Shown: positions 36,148-42,433 of the stretch, piece by piece
Layout: each line of letters starts with the position of its first letter
Position numbering within the stretch: position 1 is the stretch's first letter
Source: a virus
Lineage: Duplodnaviria; Caudoviricetes
Direction: 5' to 3' (one strand)
Length of the DNA: 42,433 bases
IMG/VR virus record: IMGVR_UViG_3300020355_000006
Coordinates: 1 to 42,433 of that record
Notes under the pieces: model-generated
What the model was told of the DNA's origin: nothing
What the model saw: the letters and a program-made list of their open reading frames with translations, nothing else
Databases searched by the model: none
Translations under genes and position numbers: made by a program

Positions 36148-38910
36148 ATGCCAAACAATACAGGAACCTCCCCGATCATGATGTTTGGGGCATATATTGT
36201 AAACGCTTCCACCAGCATTGGCTGGGGAGGTCAAGGGGGTTCCATGCAATTTACTCTCATTGAAGATCCAGAAAACAATGTGATTCTCAACATGCCCAAG
36301 GTAGGCACTCCCGTCTATTTTAAATATGGCACAATGTTCATGGCTGGTTTTCTGCAAAGATATACCTATAGCGAGAGCGTTGGTAGTGGAAGAAAATATG
36401 ATGTTGTAATAGAGTCTCCAACCAAGTTCATGGACGGTGTTCAGTTAATACTAGAAGATTTCATGGGCACGACAGATTTATTTGTTAACTCTGGAAATCA
36501 ATTTAACTTTAGCACTAATATTTCAAGCAATAATGTTGTATATGGAAACATAGAGAATGTATACAATCTCTTCGGCTACTATGAAAATCCGTTCTATGGA
36601 GGATTTTTTGGTAACTCAAACTTTAATAGTTCTGGACTAGAGGTTGACAGAGCTTTGATTGCCCTACAAGATCTAGCTAGAAACGATCATCCGCAGGATC
36701 ATCCTTTGAGCGGTGCGATAAACATTGCTGGGTTTAAATATGCTCTCAATGTCCAAGAAATGTTGGATCGTGTTCAGGACATATGGAGCTTCTATCAAGA
36801 TTCCTATAGAGTAAAAGGTCCGGTTCAAAGTGTTAATGGTCTAATGGGCGAGATTGCCGAGGCTATTCAGGTAGATTATTATTATGACCTGCGAACAATC
36901 CGGCCAGCAAGATTAGCACGACTACCGGAAGGTGGCCACATTTTTTGGGGAAACTCGATAGCGTCTGACGATATTGCTGCACACGGCTTCGATTTTGATT
37001 GGAATCCTCCTGCTGGAATTCGCAGTACTTTTCCCATTATAAAAGTGATGACCGTAGATAAGTCAAGGCAGCCTACGCCCGGTGCTCTTACGGATTGGGT
37101 GAAAGCCGCAAAAACAGCCACGCCCCCAAAAGTGGTGAGCTACAGTATTGGCGAAGAGCTTACAGATGCTACCACACAAAGAATGGTGTATGGCGGCAGA
37201 AGAACCAGATATCAGGTTGCTGGGGTAGAGCGTGCCTTTCCGGTTTGGGGTGTTCTTCCTACTAGTCTAGGTGCTCCTAGTGTTAGTAAATTTAAGACCT
37301 TTGGAACTACTATGCAGATTCACGGAAACGGAGGCAACTACGGCACTGGAATGGGGGCCAATCCGTCCGGAATGATTCGATTAAATCTCAAAGGTGACTT
37401 TGAAGGATTTCAGTACATGGCCAGTCTTTTTGAAATAAGAATGGCACTCGGCGGCAAGCAGGTTTGGGAAATATACAAAACGTTTGAAACAATGGCTGGC
37501 GTCGAACCCAATAGGAATATACTTGGATATAACACAAATAATTTGTTTACATGTCCTTGGACAGGGGCTTTTACTGGCACAAAAGATATTTTGAACTTGC
37601 TGGCACGTGGAAGAGGAAGCGTATATGATGCCGCAATGACCCATTTTAGACCAGCTAGAAAACAGTTTGTCAAGGCTATTGGTCAGCTAAATGATGCGAT
37701 ATTTTCAAGCGTCTCAGAGGTTGCAAATAACTTTTATTGTCAAGAATTTATGGTTCCTCTTGTTTCTGAGTTAACCACGCTCAGACAGTCTGTATACAAT
37801 CCACCGGGAGACTTTGAGCAGATAAAGGCTTGGGAAATAGCTGACTCTGCTTTTGTAAACTTTCCTTTGGCTGATGATATAGCTATGCGTGACGGTGAGG
37901 GTAAACAGAAGTCTATGGTCGCATACCCCAAGAACAGTTGGTCAGATTATAGTGGTCTAGGAAGCGATTATGCCAACGGAAGAAGTGGCCCATCCACTCA
38001 ATTCCAAGTTGGAGGAGGATTTGGGGGACTCATAGTAAGCTCTAAAGGAAGTCCCGATAAGGAGCAATATTATTCTGGCGGGACGTGGTTTGCCAACTTT
38101 AAGGCCGGTGGTGTTGTCAAGGCTTACGACTTTATAACCACTCCCGACTTCGGGCTTAGTGTTATGGCCGCATACTTCTTTGGTATAAGTATAAGGCCTG
38201 AGTTCTACCTGACCCCCGGTTTTAATGGTGTTTTACAGTTCCAAATCCCACCAGACAATCTCATACCACACAAGTTTGGAATACCCCAGCAAAGCAATAG
38301 ATACAATTATGGGCCTTGGATCACACTTGTTGGACGATATTCCCCAGAAGGTAAGGCTGAGGTACAAGGAGACGAGTCCATGCGTCCAGAGACCTACGGT
38401 GGCTATGGTGCTTTGCAAAACATGGGCAACATAGTTGCCACTGCTGGAGCCGGTGAGGTCGCACCAACAGAAGCCGGTATGATTGAGGCTGTCGGTAAAC
38501 CGGAGGGTGCCATAGGAGAAAGATTCGCCGCTTCTGGTCCATATCTTACAAATATGGATGTCTCCATTGATGCTACCGGAGGGGTTAAGACCACATACAA
38601 GTTCAACACATGGACACCAAACTTTGGTAAACTCGCTAAGTACAACGTAGATAGAATAGCTAAAATCAATAAGGCTAGTTGGAACTTTGCACAGAAAAAC
38701 AGGTCTAAAGTGGAAAAAAGACCTTTCCCTAAATTTAAGTTTGAGAAAATGGATTTTGCACAAGAGAAGAAAAAGTTGGCTCCTGATGTTGGTGCCATTA
38801 ATCATGGACTTAAGCCGGGTGCTCAAGCTAATGACAGAGGACTAGGAAATCCGGGTGGCGGCGGAAGAAACAACCCGAATAATGCGAATTTTGGAGGATT
38901 TAATAACTAA
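36148..38910 (+). CDS. putative tail tip/hub protein (920 aa)
   Basis: Size and position in the tail-tip cluster. Confidence 0.5.
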   Translation: MPNNTGTSPIMMFGAYIVNASTSIGWGGQGGSMQFTLIEDPENNVILNMPKVGTPVYFKYGTMFMAGFLQRYTYSESVGSGRKYDVVIESPTKFMDGVQLILEDFMGTTDLFVNSGNQFNFSTNISSNNVVYGNIENVYNLFGYYENPFYGGFFGNSNFNSSGLEVDRALIALQDLARNDHPQDHPLSGAINIAGFKYALNVQEMLDRVQDIWSFYQDSYRVKGPVQSVNGLMGEIAEAIQVDYYYDLRTIRPARLARLPEGGHIFWGNSIASDDIAAHGFDFDWNPPAGIRSTFPIIKVMTVDKSRQPTPGALTDWVKAAKTATPPKVVSYSIGEELTDATTQRMVYGGRRTRYQVAGVERAFPVWGVLPTSLGAPSVSKFKTFGTTMQIHGNGGNYGTGMGANPSGMIRLNLKGDFEGFQYMASLFEIRMALGGKQVWEIYKTFETMAGVEPNRNILGYNTNNLFTCPWTGAFTGTKDILNLLARGRGSVYDAAMTHFRPARKQFVKAIGQLNDAIFSSVSEVANNFYCQEFMVPLVSELTTLRQSVYNPPGDFEQIKAWEIADSAFVNFPLADDIAMRDGEGKQKSMVAYPKNSWSDYSGLGSDYANGRSGPSTQFQVGGGFGGLIVSSKGSPDKEQYYSGGTWFANFKAGGVVKAYDFITTPDFGLSVMAAYFFGISIRPEFYLTPGFNGVLQFQIPPDNLIPHKFGIPQQSNRYNYGPWITLVGRYSPEGKAEVQGDESMRPETYGGYGALQNMGNIVATAGAGEVAPTEAGMIEAVGKPEGAIGERFAASGPYLTNMDVSIDATGGVKTTYKFNTWTPNFGKLAKYNVDRIAKINKASWNFAQKNRSKVEKRPFPKFKFEKMDFAQEKKKLAPDVGAINHGLKPGAQANDRGLGNPGGGGRNNPNNANFGGFNN

Positions 38911-39767
38911 TGGCAGATTTTTCAGTATCAAGCGGAATGGGTGCGGTAGGCGATCTTGCGGGTATGGCTGCAACCAACCCACAAAACGTCTGTGGCAATT
39001 CTATGGAGCAAATATTTTCTCCGGTTCAGGTTGTGAAAAATGGTGGTGGTGGCGGTGCTGGCTCTGGTTTTGAACAGGTACAATTTACCTCTGACGCAGA
39101 CGGAACGAATCAGGGTGGTCACGTTGGCCCAACCAGAGGAGAGTTAGATCCGTATTTTTCTAATCTTCTAAATAGTACGTGGATTGAAGATTGTGATTAT
39201 GCGATCATGAGAAACAATGGGTCAGCTACTGTCGGTGGCGGAGAAGATATAAACATAAGAAAAACAACTGGTCAAATTACCAACATCATGGCCACCGGTC
39301 TTCGTGGGCCATTGATATTAAGTGGCTGGGGATACGATGTCGCAGATAGGCCTGTACCGGGCGGTCTTGACGGATTAGACGATGATGTCCCCGGTAATAG
39401 AGGTGGCTGGAAAAGTGGTCCCGTTGATTTAAAATGGGACGATGAACGTAAGGTTTGGTCTGGCGGTGCCCATATAATATGTGGCGTGGCTGCGGGCAAG
39501 ATTGATGCTCCAACCGATCCTTGTCAGCCAACATACTTTCAGATGAAGGTATTTAGACTACCCGGAAATAGCACCTTTGGCTCTCTCGACGCATGTATAC
39601 TGGGTGAGACGGTGTGGGTGGCCAATCGGGATCCAAGCCTTACCGAACCTCACACCCAAGGTCGCACATTCGTTGTCTGCGTAAGGCTTAATTATGAGTG
39701 GGTGCCAATATGGGTTGGGTGTCCTGATCCTACAGGAGCAAGCCAGCCGTCGTGTGTTCAGTGTTAG
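38910..39767 (+). CDS. putative tail tip/spike protein
   Basis: Translationally coupled; LRGPLILSGWGYD and WKSGPVDLKWD motifs; Cys-rich C-terminus. Confidence 0.45.
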   Translation: MADFSVSSGMGAVGDLAGMAATNPQNVCGNSMEQIFSPVQVVKNGGGGGAGSGFEQVQFTSDADGTNQGGHVGPTRGELDPYFSNLLNSTWIEDCDYAIMRNNGSATVGGGEDINIRKTTGQITNIMATGLRGPLILSGWGYDVADRPVPGGLDGLDDDVPGNRGGWKSGPVDLKWDDERKVWSGGAHIICGVAAGKIDAPTDPCQPTYFQMKVFRLPGNSTFGSLDACILGETVWVANRDPSLTEPHTQGRTFVVCVRLNYEWVPIWVGCPDPTGASQPSCVQC

Positions 39768-39798
39768 TCACCAATTTAGAACAAATAAACATCCATTA

Positions 39799-39806
39799 TG
39801 TGTATA
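39799..39806 (+). promoter_or_regulatory. putative late promoter motif TGTGTATA
   Basis: Intergenic, 44 nt before the ATG at 39843. Confidence 0.7.
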
Positions 39807-39842
39807 CTATAGTAAGTATTTATATTCAAGGAGAACTTAAAA

Positions 39843-40838
39843 ATGGCAGAGATTAGGTTTCAACTACTAAAAAACAGCGACGGAACGGCTGCCCTAGACA
39901 CGCTATCGGGTTCTGGTTTGGCCTTTTATGGGGCTACTGCCGGTTCTTCTGTCCAAATTGGAGCGTATCAGGGTGTCACTAGAGTTGCTAATTCTAGTGG
40001 TAGTTCGTTTCAGGATGAGGCATCAAATATCAAATATAAGGCCAACACCTTTCCTAGTGGTCAATGTAATATAGGCGGTGCCTTTGGTACTGCGACAGAC
40101 ATTGGACTCTCCGGTATCAAAACCTTTCAGGGGACACTGGGTATTGAATTTGGGCATACTTCCGAGGTTAAAGCACAAAATTGTCAATTAAGAATTTATG
40201 ACAGAAGTAACGTAAACCATCCAGCAAGTGGTGTAAATACCAAGGTTGCTGAGATAATTAATTTTAATGGATCAACATTTAATAATCAAGGTGCTGACGG
40301 GTCAACATCAGATGCTGTCGGTAGTGGGGATGCCTTCTGGTGGGGAGAGCCTTGGCCGTCTGAGTTGGTCAGCAAAAACTACTATACCAACAGTACGGCT
40401 GTTACCTTTTATAATGGCAAAAGCTCAGATACGGTTGTAAATGGCGATGCTAGGCTCGCAACCGTTGGTCTTGCTGGTTCTTATTCTACCGTTGGTGGAA
40501 CTGGAATTGTAGTTCCTTTGGTGGATAGCCCCGGTTCTGGCGGTAAGTTTTTACAGAACAGCGAAACCATTAGCGGCACCGGAATGGTTTGGCCAAAATG
40601 GACACAGTACATTACCACCACATCCAATCAGCAGACATACTTTGGCGGAAGCACCGCTTACCAGTTTGGGGATGGAAGTGATACCACAAAGGTTTCCAAC
40701 GTAGCACCTATTGACAGGACTTTCGGGGGAACGGGCGTTTCTACTCACCATACTTGGTCAGTCGCAATAACAGCCTCTCCACTGTCAACAGGCTCAAAGG
40801 AGGACTACGGACTTTATGTCTCTCTAGAGTACCTGTAA
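39843..40838 (+). CDS. abundant virion protein (Gly/Ser/Thr-rich)
   Basis: Own promoter motif and AGGAGAAC RBS as for capsid and tube genes. Confidence 0.55.
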   Translation: MAEIRFQLLKNSDGTAALDTLSGSGLAFYGATAGSSVQIGAYQGVTRVANSSGSSFQDEASNIKYKANTFPSGQCNIGGAFGTATDIGLSGIKTFQGTLGIEFGHTSEVKAQNCQLRIYDRSNVNHPASGVNTKVAEIINFNGSTFNNQGADGSTSDAVGSGDAFWWGEPWPSELVSKNYYTNSTAVTFYNGKSSDTVVNGDARLATVGLAGSYSTVGGTGIVVPLVDSPGSGGKFLQNSETISGTGMVWPKWTQYITTTSNQQTYFGGSTAYQFGDGSDTTKVSNVAPIDRTFGGTGVSTHHTWSVAITASPLSTGSKEDYGLYVSLEYL

Positions 40839-40868
40839 GACTAGGTTTGATTAGGAAGTTTTTAAGGA

Positions 40869-41657
40869 ATGGCATATAAAAATTATACGATTAGTGGCAA
40901 GACCGATGGTTTTGGTTGTCAGTTCAACGCAAAGCTTTCCGGTCTTGCTTTCTGCCTAAACAGTTCTAGCTGGCGATGTCAGTATAGGTATATACATACT
41001 CCGTTTACATCAATTTCTCACGGCTGGACTGCCCCAGAATCAGTACAAAAAGTCAACAAATTTGTTGGCATACCTGATAACAGACATGGAAAAAAGATAC
41101 ACGTCCGAAAGAGGTTTGAGGCGAAGGTATTTAATAATCCCAATGCCTTTTATGGTGAAGAGGTTCTGGAGAAAATAAGATCTTACTACTGGTCAGCCCC
41201 AAAGCCAACAGACGCACAAGAGGAAATAGTCGTTCATATAAGAAGGGGCGACGTTCAGCTACATCGAGGCGGAGACAGGAAAAGAAGATATCTACCGAAC
41301 TGGTGGTACAACAGAGTTATACAATATGTAGCCAATGAGTATCCTTCAGACTATAAAATAGCAATACACTCCGAAGGAGAGTTCTCAGAGTTTGAGTCCA
41401 TATTAGATAACTGGCCCAATGATTTAAAAGACAGAACAACCTTTAAGCTTGCAAAAGACTGGGTTGCTGATCAAGAAATAGATTTGTTCACCACGTTTCA
41501 CGAGTTAGTAACAGCTAAGGTCTTGTTGATGAGCAAGAGCGGATTGTCTTACACTGCGGCCCTTCTAAATAGAAACGACGTATTTTGGGTTCGTTCTGGA
41601 GCCAGAGGTCAGGCCATTCCACTTTCACACTGGAAAAGAACTAGTTGGGGAGGATAG
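40869..41657 (+). CDS. glycosyltransferase, GT11/alpha-1,2-fucosyltransferase-like
   Basis: DGFGCQ, VVHIRRGD and SKSGLSYTAALL motifs. Confidence 0.75.
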   Translation: MAYKNYTISGKTDGFGCQFNAKLSGLAFCLNSSSWRCQYRYIHTPFTSISHGWTAPESVQKVNKFVGIPDNRHGKKIHVRKRFEAKVFNNPNAFYGEEVLEKIRSYYWSAPKPTDAQEEIVVHIRRGDVQLHRGGDRKRRYLPNWWYNRVIQYVANEYPSDYKIAIHSEGEFSEFESILDNWPNDLKDRTTFKLAKDWVADQEIDLFTTFHELVTAKVLLMSKSGLSYTAALLNRNDVFWVRSGARGQAIPLSHWKRTSWGG

Positions 41658-41660
41658 CAT

Positions 41661-42433
41661 ATGCATGGAGCATTGATGTGCCACAACTCCGGACTTGGTG
41701 ATTTTATATTGATGAACGGAGCGGTTAACTTCGTCTCTAAAAATTTCGATGAGTCGCATCTAGTGGCGATGGCCGGAGGCAAAAAGCTGTCTAATGTAAG
41801 ACATCTATACAAAGATAGTAGTGTCAATGTATTAGGAATAGGCCCTGCCAGCTCTTTTCAATCTGCGGGAAAGGCAATACGTAGATACCAGAATCATTAC
41901 AAAAATCCTCAAAAAATGAACGGACAAAAGTGGGATACTCGTCGATGTTTTTTTTGGGGAACTGACAAATGGGAGAGTCAGGGTATCAATGCATACGGAC
42001 TACACCCAAAAAACAATCATTGGTGCGAAACGTTTTATGCCGCTTTTGGTGTCCCTTACGAAGCTAGATACACTCATTTTAGCTTCAAGAGAGATCGAGA
42101 CAGAGAAAAAAGACTTGAAGACACTTTAGGTTTACAGGCCAAATATTCTTTGCTATTTGATCAAGCCAACATAAGAGATTTCCGTCTGCCAATAAAAAGT
42201 GCTAATTATGAAACAGTAAGAGTAACTACCTTCGGATGGGATACAATTTTTGATTGGATGGGTGTTATAGAAAATGCCCAAGAGATTTTCACTGTTGATA
42301 CTTCTTGGTTCCATTTGATAAAACAGATGAGACTTGACATACCAAAATACTATATTTGGGCCAGAGGTGTTCCCTACATCAATTTAATTTCTAGCGGTTA
42401 TCTCAACGACGATTATGATTCCGGTTGGGAGAT
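41661..42433 (+). CDS. GT-B glycosyltransferase-like protein, truncated by window edge
   Basis: Manual translation open to the end: MHGALMCHNSGLGDFILMNG...IFDWMGVIENAQEIFTVDTS; not in ORF track. Confidence 0.65.
   Translation, partial: MHGALMCHNSGLGDFILMNGAVNFVSKNFDESHLVAMAGGKKLSNVRHLYKDSSVNVLGIGPASSFQSAGKAIRRYQNHYKNPQKMNGQKWDTRRCFFWGTDKWESQGINAYGLHPKNNHWCETFYAAFGVPYEARYTHFSFKRDRDREKRLEDTLGLQAKYSLLFDQANIRDFRLPIKSANYETVRVTTFGWDTIFDWMGVIENAQEIFTVDTSWFHLIKQMRLDIPKYYIWARGVPYINLISSGYLNDDYDSGWE

Noticed and set aside
20109-40838. Ser-Gly dipeptides as a glycosylation sequon in virion proteins
   Set aside because: By hand count SG clearly exceeds GS only in 20109-21074 (7 vs 2); in 33755-34591 and 39843-40838 the counts are similar, so composition may explain it
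1293-41827. Numerous minus-strand and alternate-frame ORFs of 60-214 aa in the track
   Set aside because: They overlap well-supported + strand genes, show no recognisable motifs, and read as antisense shadows
1-42433. Stop-codon reassignment, tRNA genes, integrase or tail sheath
   Set aside because: Genes are full length in the standard code with TAA, TAG and TGA all used as stops; none of the other elements was recognisable
1-42433. Host assignment (for example a PVC-group bacterium)
   Set aside because: Only an impression from promoter style and gene content; it cannot be supported without searches

Overview
Segment of a large tailed dsDNA bacteriophage genome (Caudoviricetes, probably siphovirus-like because no tail sheath gene is recognisable). 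Positions 1-~860 are the edge of a leftward (minus-strand) early-type region in which each tiny ORF has its own near-consensus sigma70 promoter carrying a conserved CGAT spacer motif. From ~1040 onward everything is rightward and gene-dense: a short sigma-like factor, SAM methyltransferase, GDP-mannose 4,6-dehydratase, HNH and ERCC4 nucleases, ClpP, large terminase, portal, protease/scaffold, decoration and major capsid proteins, a fibre cassette, neck and tail genes, a 3013-aa tape measure protein (TMP), tail-tip genes and two glycosyltransferase-like genes. A TGTGTA(T/A)(A/T) motif precedes most late transcription units. The strongest candidates for new biology are: (1) a TMP with four copies of a conserved DTVPAMLTPGEFV module plus xxxGG motifs that bracket two cargo-like inserts, one with a PD-(D/E)xK-like signature; (2) late-expressed sugar-pathway genes suggesting virion glycosylation; (3) a minimal sigma factor with a -10-only promoter motif; (4) a 19 x 20-aa repeat fibre-scaffold cassette. 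All product calls rest on recognised motifs and synteny only; no database searches were run.
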